A stretch of DNA of 64,000 bases from an uncultured bacterium (GCA_938074335.1 CALJEL010000023.1:1554-65553), one strand, 5' to 3'; counted from the stretch's first letter, positions 54,228 to 62,643 are shown. Notes: generated from the sequence alone by a model not told the origin. Numbers and translations: made by a program.

Positions 54228-55102
54228 AGAAGGGTTTCTTAATACTCTTTTCCCTGCCCTTGCTCATGATTGCCTGCTCCAGACCTGTTGCAGAGGTCAA
54301 TGGAGAGCCCATTAATAAAAAAGATTATCTAAGGGAATTAGAGGAGAGAAGGCTTTCAGCGGGTTCAGTAGTTGATGAGCTTACCCTTAAAAATATAGTT
54401 ATTGATTCCCTTATAGAGGAACATCTTATTCTCACTGAGGCAAAAAGAAGAAATATCAAGGTATCTCCTGAGGAGATAGAAAATAGATACAGGGGTTTTA
54501 AGTCTACCTTTCCCTCAGAGGATGAATTTAGAAAACACATAAAAAGACTTGGTCTTAATGAAGAGGCTTTAAAGAAAAGGCTTGAGGAAAAGATTATAAT
54601 TGACAAATTCATCATCTCCATGGCTGACCTTTTCAGCGTGAGCCTTGATGACATAAAAAAGACTTACGAGATTCAAAAACCTTTAAAGCACCCTGAGAGG
54701 GTCAGGATCTCCATGATTGAATTTACAGACAGGAAAAAGTCTGAGGATACCCTTGCTAATATCAAAAGAAAGGGTTTTGAGAATGTAATAAAGGAACTTA
54801 AAGATAACAGAGATATGGCAATCACCGGGCCTCAATGGGTTGATCTTTCCATTTTCCCGGTAGAGATACAGGATGAATTGAAGAGAGCGTCTTCTGGAAG
54901 TATACTTCCTTTTGAGAGAAAGGGTAGCTGGTATATCATTAAGATCTATGAAAAAAAGCCTGCTCAGTATAAGACCTTTGATGAGGCCAAGACAGAGATA
55001 ATGTTTAATCTTCTTCATGAAAAGAGGCTTTCAGCACTCCAGCAATGGCTGAAGGAGAAGAAGGCCAGTTCAAAGATCATTATCTATGCAGAGAGACTCT
55101 GA
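54224..55102 (+). CDS. SurA/PrsA-like lipoprotein chaperone with degenerate parvulin region
   Basis: The start overlaps the upstream stop as ATGA. The lipobox is LLMI-A-C. It has SurA-N-like helices and a C-terminal parvulin-like segment without canonical motifs. Confidence 0.6.
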   Translation: MKKGFLILFSLPLLMIACSRPVAEVNGEPINKKDYLRELEERRLSAGSVVDELTLKNIVIDSLIEEHLILTEAKRRNIKVSPEEIENRYRGFKSTFPSEDEFRKHIKRLGLNEEALKKRLEEKIIIDKFIISMADLFSVSLDDIKKTYEIQKPLKHPERVRISMIEFTDRKKSEDTLANIKRKGFENVIKELKDNRDMAITGPQWVDLSIFPVEIQDELKRASSGSILPFERKGSWYIIKIYEKKPAQYKTFDEAKTEIMFNLLHEKRLSALQQWLKEKKASSKIIIYAERL

Positions 55103-55233
55103 GACTTAGTAGCTGCCTCTATGCTCCACATAATTTTAAACCTCATTATAGTAATCCTCTATGCCTTATCCATTTATGAGATTAGAGGTGGATTAAGGTT
55201 TTTCATAGCAGGTCTTGTCTTGTGCCTATATTT

Positions 55234-55245
55234 GTGTAAAAACAC
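55234..55245. promoter_or_regulatory. GTGTAAAAACAC 12-mer, 121 bp upstream of the sigma54 -24 element
   Basis: It matches the reverse complement of the 20791-20802 site at 11 of 12 positions. Confidence 0.3.
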
Positions 55246-55365
55246 CCACTGCCTTGAGCAATCTCCCACATAATTTCAAGGTCTTTAAGATTAAAAACCT
55301 TTGAATTTTTTTAAAAAAAAATTATGGTTTTCAAGGGTTTAATTGCATTTTGAGTTTATTAAAAC

Positions 55366-55381
55366 TGGCATTATGTTTGCG
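55366..55381 (+). promoter_or_regulatory. Sigma54-type -24/-12 promoter TGGCATTATGTTTGCG
   Basis: GG-N10-GC spacing. It lies about 58 nt before the ATG at 55439, which has a GGGGAGG Shine-Dalgarno. Confidence 0.6.
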
Positions 55382-55438
55382 AAGAAAAATCTTTAAAATT
55401 AGTAATAAAAGATAAACCTAAAAAGGGGAGGTAATAAC

Positions 55439-55744
55439 ATGGCAAAGCTTAATTGCTGGGAGTTTGAAAAGTGTGGAAGGCATCCAGGTGGTATGAATGT
55501 TAAGGAGCTTGGAGTCTGTCCTGCTGCAACTGAGAAGAGGGCTCATGGCATCAATGGAGGTATCAATGGAGGAAGGGCCTGCTGGGCAATAGCAGGTACA
55601 TTCTGTAAAGGAAAGACCCAGGGCACAGTGGCAGAGAAGATGGGCACATGCCTTAGATGTGATTTCTATCATCTTGTAAGGACAGAAGAGAATGCTCAGT
55701 TTAAGACATCAAGGGAGATACTCAAGATTATGGGTGAGTTGTAG
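55439..55744 (+). CDS. Small Cys-rich protein, two-CW-domain-like
   Basis: The sequence MAKLNCWEFEKCGRHPGG...GVCPAA...GINGGINGGRACWAIAGTFCKGKTQGT...CLRCDFY has seven Cys and two C-W dipeptides. It matches my recollection of the two-CW domain family. Confidence 0.55.
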   Translation: MAKLNCWEFEKCGRHPGGMNVKELGVCPAATEKRAHGINGGINGGRACWAIAGTFCKGKTQGTVAEKMGTCLRCDFYHLVRTEENAQFKTSREILKIMGEL

Positions 55745-55755
55745 AAAAAGGGTTC

Positions 55756-56550
55756 TTACCTGAAGCTCTGTTCTTCTGCAGGGAATAGTCCTTCTTCAAC
55801 CTCTTTTTTGTAGGCAAGGATTGCCTTCAATGCCTCTTCCTTGAGGTTTGCGTATCTTTTTACGAACCTTGGTGTGAATCTCTCAAAGAGCCCAAGAATA
55901 TCATGAAGTACAAGGACCTGACCATCACAATAGGGCCCTGCTCCTATGCCTATGGTGGGAATAGAGAGCTTTTCTGTGATCTCCTTTGCTAAATCCATTG
56001 GTATTGCCTCAAGCACTATGGCAAAGGCTCCTGCCTCCTGAAGCAAGAGGCTATCTTCAATTATTCTTTTTCTCTGCTCCTCTGTCCTTCCCTGGACCCT
56101 GAACCCTCCCATCCTGAGTATTGCCTGTGGAGTAAGGCCCACATGGCCAAGCACAGGTATCTCTGCCTTTACCATTGCCTTGACCTGAGGTATTACCTCT
56201 GAGCCACCTTCCACCTTTACAGCATGGGCACCTGCCTCCTTAATAAACCTTCCAGCATTTCTTACAGCCATCTCGACGCTTATCTGATAGCTTAAATAAG
56301 GCATATCGCCAATAACCATGGCGTTCTTTGTTGCCCTTGAGACCATGGCTGTATGATAGAGCATCTCATCCATTGTCACAGAAAGGGTGTTTTCCTTTCC
56401 CTGAACAACCATCCCGAGGGAGTCTCCAACAAGTATTACATCAATGCCTGCCTCATCTACTATCCTTGCAAAGGCATAGTCATAGGCAGTAAGCATGGTG
56501 ATCTTTCTTCCTTCAGCCTTTTTCTTCCAGAGGTCCTGTATGGTAAGCAT
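55756..56550 (-). CDS. panB: 3-methyl-2-oxobutanoate hydroxymethyltransferase (ketopantoate hydroxymethyltransferase)
   Basis: The N-terminus is [36 protein letters not shown], and the PanB pattern holds over the full 264 aa. Confidence 0.9.
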   Translation of the reverse strand: MLTIQDLWKKKAEGRKITMLTAYDYAFARIVDEAGIDVILVGDSLGMVVQGKENTLSVTMDEMLYHTAMVSRATKNAMVIGDMPYLSYQISVEMAVRNAGRFIKEAGAHAVKVEGGSEVIPQVKAMVKAEIPVLGHVGLTPQAILRMGGFRVQGRTEEQRKRIIEDSLLLQEAGAFAIVLEAIPMDLAKEITEKLSIPTIGIGAGPYCDGQVLVLHDILGLFERFTPRFVKRYANLKEEALKAILAYKKEVEEGLFPAEEQSFR

Positions 56551-56566
56551 GGATTGTATTTAATCC

Positions 56567-56779
56567 TTAAGATGCCTTTACTTCTTCTAAGGATTTAAAT
56601 AGCTCAGCAAAAATCTTTTTTCGTGCCTGCCAGATTTCAATGCCGAGTATTTCATCCCTTTGGCCAATTTCAATAAAAATATCATCTGCGATTTCAACGG
56701 TATCCTTAACTGATCCCTCCTTAACAGGGATATAAAGGATATCCTCCTCTTTGTCATATCTGATTATATTTTTATCCAT
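56567..56779 (-). CDS. DUF2283-like small protein (putative antitoxin-like partner)
   Basis: The 70-aa protein begins YDKEEDILYIPVKEG and carries ILGIEI. It overlaps the upstream DUF4258-like ORF by 16 nt. Confidence 0.55.
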   Translation of the reverse strand: MDKNIIRYDKEEDILYIPVKEGSVKDTVEIADDIFIEIGQRDEILGIEIWQARKKIFAELFKSLEEVKAS

Positions 56780-57000
56780 CGGCCTTTATCCTTTCTATGG
56801 TTAATAATATCACTTTTTGAAGTGTCAATCAAGGTTATAATCTTGTCCATCTCGGGTGAAAGCACTACAATTAATAGATGCCCCTTTCCTTTTCTGCTGC
56901 CATAGGCAATAATATTGCCTGTTTCTTTATCTCGGAGATATTCCTTAGAAGACCTGATGATATTTATAACCTCTTCTTCGGTAATATTTCTTTCCTGCAA
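56764..57000 (-). CDS. DUF4258-like small protein (putative toxin-like partner), N-terminally short
   Basis: It has a TTG start. The ORF cannot extend beyond an in-frame stop at 57025-57027. The ERNITEEEVINII segment resembles the DUF4258 core, but the usual upstream His-containing segment is missing. Confidence 0.4.
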   Translation of the reverse strand: MQERNITEEEVINIIRSSKEYLRDKETGNIIAYGSRKGKGHLLIVVLSPEMDKIITLIDTSKSDIINHRKDKGRWIKI

Positions 57001-57041
57001 TTTAATCTTGCATGGAGGGTAAATTTAAACTCCATTTAGTC

Positions 57042-57923
57042 TTAAATCAATCCTGCCCTTTCAAGTATCACAGGGACCTTATCCTCCATGCCGATAGCCA
57101 TTATGTGGACACCATCGCATATCTTTTCTTCGTATATCTGTCTTATATGCCTTGCAGTGATATTGAGCCCTGTATCAAGTGCCTTTTCCTTTCCAGCTGC
57201 CTTCAGTTCATCTATCAATTCCTGAGGCACCCTTATCCCTGGCACATTTGTATTAAGAAAATTTGCCATACCAGCACTCTTTAACACAACCAGTCCTGCA
57301 ATGATCTTCACAGGATACTGCCTTGCAAATCTCATGAACTCCTTGAGCCTTTCCATGTCATAGACAGCCTGTGTCTGGAAGAATCTCGCACCAGCTTTTA
57401 TCTTCTTTTCAAACTTCATTAACTGGGGCTCCAGGGGATTTGCCTCTGGTGTTACCACAGCACCGATGAAAAAATCTGTCTTGCCCTTCAGGGCATTGCC
57501 CATCATGTCCTTTCCTTCATTTAATCCAGAGACAACCCTTAAAAGTCCTACTGATTCAATGTCATAAACTGGCTTTGCATCTTTATGATCACCTGCTGAG
57601 ACATGGTCTCCTGTCATGCAGAGGACATTCCTTATGCCAAGTGCATAGGCTCCAAGGAGGTCTGACTGAAGCCCTATCCTGTTACGGTCCCTGCAGGTCA
57701 TCTGCAGTACTGGCTCTACACCATACTGAAGACATATCACACAGCCTGAAAGGGAATTCATCCTCATCACAGCTGACTGGTTATCTGTGATATTTATTGC
57801 ATCAACCTTGCCTCTTAAAAGTTCAATGTGATGGACCATCTCTGAGATATCAGTGCCCTTTGGTGGACCTGCCTCTGCTGTTATTACGAATTTTCCTGAC
57901 TCAAGCTTCTCCCTGAATGTCAT
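57042..57923 (-). CDS. metF: Methylenetetrahydrofolate reductase, MetF (acetogen/anaerobe type)
   Basis: Signatures are FVITAEAGPPKGTD, INITDNQSAVMRM and a TIM-barrel MTHFR pattern. It is paired with metV upstream. Confidence 0.88.
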   Translation of the reverse strand: MTFREKLESGKFVITAEAGPPKGTDISEMVHHIELLRGKVDAINITDNQSAVMRMNSLSGCVICLQYGVEPVLQMTCRDRNRIGLQSDLLGAYALGIRNVLCMTGDHVSAGDHKDAKPVYDIESVGLLRVVSGLNEGKDMMGNALKGKTDFFIGAVVTPEANPLEPQLMKFEKKIKAGARFFQTQAVYDMERLKEFMRFARQYPVKIIAGLVVLKSAGMANFLNTNVPGIRVPQELIDELKAAGKEKALDTGLNITARHIRQIYEEKICDGVHIMAIGMEDKVPVILERAGLI

Positions 57924-57934
57924 ACTGCCTCCTC

Positions 57935-58603
57935 TTATTTCTTTGTCTTTTCTTTCTTCTCATACTGTCTTCTTGGCTTCTGGGATTGAGACCACTCCTT
58001 TGGCTCCATCATGAGGTTCCTCAATTCATCAAGTTTATTTAATCTCTTCATCCTCTCATATATCCTTACCCAGGCACACTGAAGTTCAGGACTCACCTCG
58101 CAGTGCCCATCCTTCATACCACCACAGGGACCATGAAGGAGACCCTTCGGACAGGTTGTTAAAGGACATATCCCGCCTGTTTTATCAAGGATGCATTTCC
58201 CACAGAGGGAACACCTCTCATCAAACATCTGGAGCCTCGTCATGTTGCCAAGGAACATACTGTCATTTGCCGGATAAACTGGTTTGTCCTCATAGAGCTC
58301 TACAGCTGTCTGTGTGCCTGCTCCGCAGGAGAGTACTATTATGCATTCTGCTTTATCAATAGCCTCTTTAAAGGGCTTCAATTCAACCTTTGTGCCGAGC
58401 ACCTGACATCCTGTCTTTGCCACAAAGGTGCCTGTGACCTCCCTGCCAAGGCTCTCTAATGCCTCCTTCATCTCCTTTAGCTCTGGCTCACCGCCTGTTC
58501 CACAGAGGGTTGCACACTCAGAGCAACCAAGAAGAAAGAAGCTCTTATAGCCCTTGATATTTTCATAGAGTTCCTGAAAGTCCTTTTTCTTTGTGATTAT
58601 CAT
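57935..58603 (-). CDS. metV: Methylene-THF reductase C-terminal-domain protein (MetV-type Cys-rich partner)
   Basis: Cys clusters are [14 protein letters not shown] and [32 protein letters not shown]. It overlaps the folD stop by 4 nt. Confidence 0.8.
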   Translation of the reverse strand: MIITKKKDFQELYENIKGYKSFFLLGCSECATLCGTGGEPELKEMKEALESLGREVTGTFVAKTGCQVLGTKVELKPFKEAIDKAECIIVLSCGAGTQTAVELYEDKPVYPANDSMFLGNMTRLQMFDERCSLCGKCILDKTGGICPLTTCPKGLLHGPCGGMKDGHCEVSPELQCAWVRIYERMKRLNKLDELRNLMMEPKEWSQSQKPRRQYEKKEKTKK

Positions 58604-59457
58604 CTCATACCTCCTGCATATTTCGCTGCCTGTACTGTGTTATACATGAGCATTGCTATGGTCATCGGTCCGGCACCTCCGGGAACGGGTGTTATATAAG
58701 AGGCCCTTTCCTTTGCAGCCTCAAAATCCACATCTCCAACAATCTTTCCTTCAGGAGTTACATTTATGCCTATGTCTATTACAACTGCACCCGGTTTTAT
58801 CATATCACCGGTAATGAATTTTGCCTTTCCTATGGCTACACAGAGGATATCTGCCCTGAGGCATTCTTCCTTGAGGTTTGCTGTCCTTGAATGACAGACC
58901 GTAACAGTGGCATTCTTCCTTAAGAGGAGGAGTGCAAGGGGTTTGCCAACAATTATGCTCCTTCCAACAACCACTGCATGTTTGCCAGCTGGGTCTATAC
59001 CATAGGCCTCAAGCATCTTTATTACTCCAAAGGGAGTACAAGGTACAAAGGTGGGCTCATCAAGAACAAGTTTTCCAAGACTGTGAGGCCCGAAGCCATC
59101 AACATCCTTCTCTGGTGCAATCCTGTACATTACCTCTTTTTCATCAAGATGCTTTGGAAGCGGCAGCTGGACAAGTATTCCATGCACCTCTGGGTCAGCA
59201 TTAAGTCTATCAATTAATTTGAGGAGTTCTTCCTGGGATGTTTGTTCAGGAAGTTTATAGCCAAAGCTTTTGATCCCTATCTCCTCACAGGTCTTTTCCT
59301 TTGAGGCCACATATTTCTTTGATGCAGGGTTTTCTCCAACAAGCACCACAGCAAGCCCTGGTGTAATACCCTTTGACTTAAGTTCAGCAATCTCTTTTTT
59401 TAATCCTTCTCTGATATCCTGTGCTACCTTTTTTCCATCAATTAACTGTGCAGTCAT
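58600..59457 (-). CDS. folD: Bifunctional methylene-THF dehydrogenase / methenyl-THF cyclohydrolase
   Basis: The N-terminus is [40 protein letters not shown]. The pattern [21 protein letters not shown] is present. Confidence 0.92.
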   Translation of the reverse strand: MTAQLIDGKKVAQDIREGLKKEIAELKSKGITPGLAVVLVGENPASKKYVASKEKTCEEIGIKSFGYKLPEQTSQEELLKLIDRLNADPEVHGILVQLPLPKHLDEKEVMYRIAPEKDVDGFGPHSLGKLVLDEPTFVPCTPFGVIKMLEAYGIDPAGKHAVVVGRSIIVGKPLALLLLRKNATVTVCHSRTANLKEECLRADILCVAIGKAKFITGDMIKPGAVVIDIGINVTPEGKIVGDVDFEAAKERASYITPVPGGAGPMTIAMLMYNTVQAAKYAGGMR

Positions 59458-59630
59458 CTTTTACCTCCCTGATTTTATTGAATAATTAAAATAAAATGTT
59501 ACATTACGTAATTAAGGTTACGGTCAGTTAAAATATTACTCAGATTTTTAGATAAGTACTTTATTATCCCTTAAGATAAAAGGCATTGTAAAGAGAGAAA
59601 TTATTAAAATAATTAATCTATTAATAAGAC

Positions 59631-60191
59631 TCAGCCTCTCTTCTTTATAAGCTCAAGCATCTCCTCACGGGTGGACTGTCTTGTCCTGAAGAGGCCCCTT
59701 ACAGCAGAGGTCACTGTCCTTGCACCTGGCTTTTTAATTCCCCTCATGCTCAGGCACAGGTGCTCTGCATCTATTACAACCATTGCACCCTTTGGCTTTA
59801 ATCTTTCCATAAGGAGGTCTGCAAGCTGGCTTGTGAGCCTTTCCTGAACCTGCGGTCTCTTGGCAAGGATCTCCAGTGCCTTTGCAAGCTCACTGAGACC
59901 CACTATATTGCCAGCAGGGATATAGGCAATGTGGGCAATGCCTATAAAGGGAAGGAGATGGTGTTCGCAGATGGAATAAAAGGGTATGTCTTTAAGAAGA
60001 ACCATCTCATCATGGCTCTCTCCCTCTATGGGCTTAAGGATATCCTCAACAGTTCTATTAAGCCCTTCAAAAAGCTCCTCATACATCTTTGCAACCCTAA
60101 CTGGTGTCTCTTTTAAACCAGGCCTTGATGGATCTTCTCCTATGCCCTCTAATATGAGCCTTACACCTTCTTCAATCTTTTTTATGTCCAC
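59631..60191 (-). CDS. folE: GTP cyclohydrolase I
   Basis: Signatures are [40 protein letters not shown] and QVQERLT. Confidence 0.92.
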   Translation of the reverse strand: MDIKKIEEGVRLILEGIGEDPSRPGLKETPVRVAKMYEELFEGLNRTVEDILKPIEGESHDEMVLLKDIPFYSICEHHLLPFIGIAHIAYIPAGNIVGLSELAKALEILAKRPQVQERLTSQLADLLMERLKPKGAMVVIDAEHLCLSMRGIKKPGARTVTSAVRGLFRTRQSTREEMLELIKKRG

Positions 60192-61539
60192 AGTTTATAA
60201 CCTCCCTGTCTGTTATTATCAGGTCAACCAGCTTATCATGGGGCTCAAGGGGTATCTGCTCCAAAATCTGTTCATCATAGGCAAGGGCAACTACAGAAAT
60301 TGATTTTCTCAGACCTGATAAAAGTTTATCATAATAACCAGCTCCATAGCCAATGCGACCACCCCTTCTGTCAAAGACTACACCAGGGACAATGATCAGC
60401 TCAGCCTCATTTATATCCCTTAATGGTGAGTCTTCATCAGGCTCTGGTATGCCTGAGTAGCCTTTTTTTAATCGGTCAAAGGAATTTATCTCCCTTATCT
60501 CAAGCTCCTTTTTTTCTCTGTTCACTTTAGGAAGAAATACCCTCTTTCCAGCAAGTAGGCATTCCCTTATTAATCCATGGGTGTCTGGCTCTGATCTGAA
60601 AGAGGCATAAAGGAGGATAACCCCTGCTTCTTTGAACTCCTTGAGTTCAGTTAACCTTTTTTTAATCAGCTCATTCTTTTTATCTCTCAAAGAGAGCTCT
60701 ATGGAGTCCCTTTTTTCAAGGATGGATGACCTGATGAGGGATTTGGAGAAGGACATTCGGGATTCCCTCAGTCTCCTGTCAAGGGTCTCTTTTATTGTCC
60801 TTATCTCCTCCACCGTATGAGGTGAATGGATATAGGGTGAAAGGCCTTTGATATCAGCCTCCATTATCTCATGGCTGAAGCCTATGAACCCTATGATCTC
60901 CATGTCCTGAATGTTTTCTTTAATAAAATCCCTGTCTGCCTCATTCCTTACCTTATTGCCCACCACAAAGACCCTCTTCACACCAAGTCCCTTAGCCATG
61001 TCCTTAACAGACATGGCTGTTTGAATGCTCCTTGAACCAGGTTCAACCACAACTATAAAGGCATCCACTCCCTCTGCAGTACCCCTTGTAAGATGCTCAA
61101 TGCCAGCCTCCATGTCAACGATTACCACCTCATCCCTCTCCACGATCAGATGTTTGAGGAGCCTTCTCAGGAATACATTCTCAGGACAATAACATCCTGA
61201 GGCAGCCTCTTTTGATTTTCCTATGGTAAGAAGGATTATCCCATCAATTCTCATGCCTATCTCATCAGGTATGTCATCCACCCTTGGATTGAGCCTGAAT
61301 ACCCCACCCATCTGACCTGGTCTTGCACCTGTCCTTTCAGCAATAAGCTCTGTAAGTTCAGCAATGGGCCTTATCTTCTGAGCCTCCTCCTTCGGTATTC
61401 CAAGGGCACCTGCAAGATTGGCATCAGGGTCTGCATCTACAGCAATAACCCTCTTGCCCTCTTCCCTGTAAAGATAACAGAGCACAGAGCTCAATGTGGT
61501 CTTACCAACTCCACCTTTCCCTGTAATGGCTATCTTCAT
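60172..61539 (-). CDS. Fusion protein: CooC/AcsF-type Ni-insertion ATPase (N-terminal) plus 5-formyltetrahydrofolate cyclo-ligase (C-terminal)
   Basis: The N-terminal region of about 255 aa has [23 protein letters not shown], the C-x-C motif SGCYCPEN and DMEAGIEH. The C-terminal region of about 190 aa has [36 protein letters not shown] and [15 protein letters not shown]. The reading frame is continuous. Confidence 0.75.
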   Translation of the reverse strand: MKIAITGKGGVGKTTLSSVLCYLYREEGKRVIAVDADPDANLAGALGIPKEEAQKIRPIAELTELIAERTGARPGQMGGVFRLNPRVDDIPDEIGMRIDGIILLTIGKSKEAASGCYCPENVFLRRLLKHLIVERDEVVIVDMEAGIEHLTRGTAEGVDAFIVVVEPGSRSIQTAMSVKDMAKGLGVKRVFVVGNKVRNEADRDFIKENIQDMEIIGFIGFSHEIMEADIKGLSPYIHSPHTVEEIRTIKETLDRRLRESRMSFSKSLIRSSILEKRDSIELSLRDKKNELIKKRLTELKEFKEAGVILLYASFRSEPDTHGLIRECLLAGKRVFLPKVNREKKELEIREINSFDRLKKGYSGIPEPDEDSPLRDINEAELIIVPGVVFDRRGGRIGYGAGYYDKLLSGLRKSISVVALAYDEQILEQIPLEPHDKLVDLIITDREVINCGHKKD

Positions 61540-61609
61540 TGCCCTTTGATAAGTCCTTTTACTACATCAAGAAATCTTTCAATTATCCACAGGTCTTCTT
61601 TAAGGTGTT

Positions 61610-62011
61610 TTACCCTGACAGCAGGTCAAGGATAATCTCCTTTCTTTTTGGAAGAAGATCAAAATACCTCTTCCATGTCTCTTCTAAAAATTCTGTCCTT
61701 AAATCCTCATCCTTTGAAAAAAGGAGCATGCCCTTTGTAGCATAGTATCTGAAACCCCAGGTGGCATGATTCAGGGGTTTAATATCAAGTGGCATTATAC
61801 CTGTATGCATCTCTGCTCTGGCAGCAAGCTCAAGGCAGTAGTCTAATTGCTCCTCTTCAGGTACAATAGACTCTTCAAGATAAAGGGCAATATCAATATC
61901 TCTGTAAGAGGGATCCTCTACAAAGGAGCCATGGATATAGGCAAAGATTATCTCATTTCTTGGCTCAAGATAATCCCTCAGGCCTGAGAGTATCTCTGTC
62001 TTTTTATCCAT
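61610..62011 (-). CDS. Nucleotidyltransferase-domain protein (pol-beta/MNT superfamily)
   Basis: The motif is FAYIHGSFVED..YRDIDIALYL (G-S ... D-x-D). No adjacent HEPN partner is visible. Confidence 0.7.
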   Translation of the reverse strand: MDKKTEILSGLRDYLEPRNEIIFAYIHGSFVEDPSYRDIDIALYLEESIVPEEEQLDYCLELAARAEMHTGIMPLDIKPLNHATWGFRYYATKGMLLFSKDEDLRTEFLEETWKRYFDLLPKRKEIILDLLSG

Positions 62012-62045
62012 GGATTATTTTAACATTTTTAACTGTCGCCATTAA

Positions 62046-62365
62046 TAGAGCAGTAGACCAGCAGACCAGTAGGCAATAACAGAGCAGTAGAGCAGCAGCG
62101 CAGCAGTTAATAACAGAGCAGTAGAGCAGCAGCTTAAACAGTTTGAACAGTTTGAACTGTTTGAAGAAATGTCTGCTCTACTGCTCTGCTGCTCTATTAA
62201 AAGTAACTCAGGCATTCTTGCCTGAGAAAAGTAACTCAGGCATCACAGACAAGAATGTCTGTGCTACTTTGTAAGCCACAGACAAGAATGTCTATGCTAC
62301 TTTGTAAGCCACAGACAAGAATGTCTGTGCTACTGGCTCTACTGCACTGCTGGTCTGCTGGTCTA
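62046..62365. repeat. Nested inverted and direct repeats
   Basis: A 16-bp inverted repeat pairs TAGACCAGCAGACCAG (62054-62069) with CTGGTCTGCTGGTCTA (62350-62365). A 24-bp direct repeat ATAACAGAGCAGTAGAGCAGCAGC occurs at 62076-62099 and 62110-62133, with a partial inverted copy at 62173-62186. A hairpin CTCAGGCA-ttct-TGCCTGAG lies at 62207-62226. Confidence 0.8.
62244..62336. repeat. 33-bp tandem repeat, about 2.8 copies
   Basis: The unit CACAGACAAGAATGTCT[G/A]TGCTACTTTGTAAGC occurs at 62244, 62277 and 62310 (last copy partial). Each unit contains the palindrome ACAGAC-N6-GTCTGT. Confidence 0.85.
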
Positions 62366-62393
62366 AGAAGGCTTTGAGGCATACCCCGCCATT

Positions 62394-62524
62394 ATGGTTC
62401 GACAGGCTCACCATGACATGGTTCGACAGGCTCACCATGATGGTTCGACAGGCTCACCATGACAATGGTGTGTCACCCTGAGCTTGTCGAAGGGTGACAC
62501 ACACAACAGGCTCACCATGACATG
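62394..62524. repeat. 22-24-bp tandem repeat ATGGTTCGACAGGCTCACCATGAC, 3 copies plus a partial 4th
   Basis: Copies lie at 62394-62417, 62418-62439 and 62440-63, with a partial copy at 62506-62524. Confidence 0.85.
62468..62502. repeat. 12-bp-stem palindrome GTGTGTCACCCT-N11-AGGGTGACACAC
   Basis: The arms are perfectly complementary (62468-62479 and 62491-62502). A second small hairpin GTAGGG-gcaag-CCCTAC lies at 62525-62541. Confidence 0.85.
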
Positions 62525-62609
62525 GTAGGGGCAAGCCCTACCCCTACTTCACCCCGTGAACCCCGATGAAAATGCATTTCTATCAGCAAATTTAGGATTC
62601 TTTTCCCAC

Positions 62610-62638
62610 TTGACCTTGCCCAATCAAAATGCTATGGT
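62610..62638 (+). promoter_or_regulatory. Sigma70-type promoter TTGACC-N17-(TGc)TATGGT ending 5 nt before the ATG at 62644 (leaderless-type)
   Basis: The -35 element is at 62610-62615 and the -10 at 62633-62638, preceded by TG at 62630-62631. It is followed by taatt and ATG. There is no Shine-Dalgarno sequence. Confidence 0.45.
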
Positions 62639-62643
62639 TAATT

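Noticed and set aside
59503-59512. Perfect 10-bp palindrome ATTACGTAAT about 50 bp upstream of folD
   Set aside because: It is a single short AT-rich palindrome in an AT-rich spacer, with no second copy in the window. That is insufficient to call an operator.
62394-62463. tRNA-like GGTTCGA (T-loop-like) and ACCA strings within the 24-bp tandem repeat
   Set aside because: No complementary T-stem, acceptor stem or anticodon arm can be drawn. The strings simply recur with the repeat unit.
62040-62560. Possible CRISPR array in the repeat-dense intergenic region
   Set aside because: Several different repeat families of 15-33 bp are present. Most are directly abutting tandem copies, without unique spacers of regular length. 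No cas genes lie nearby. The architecture does not fit a CRISPR array.
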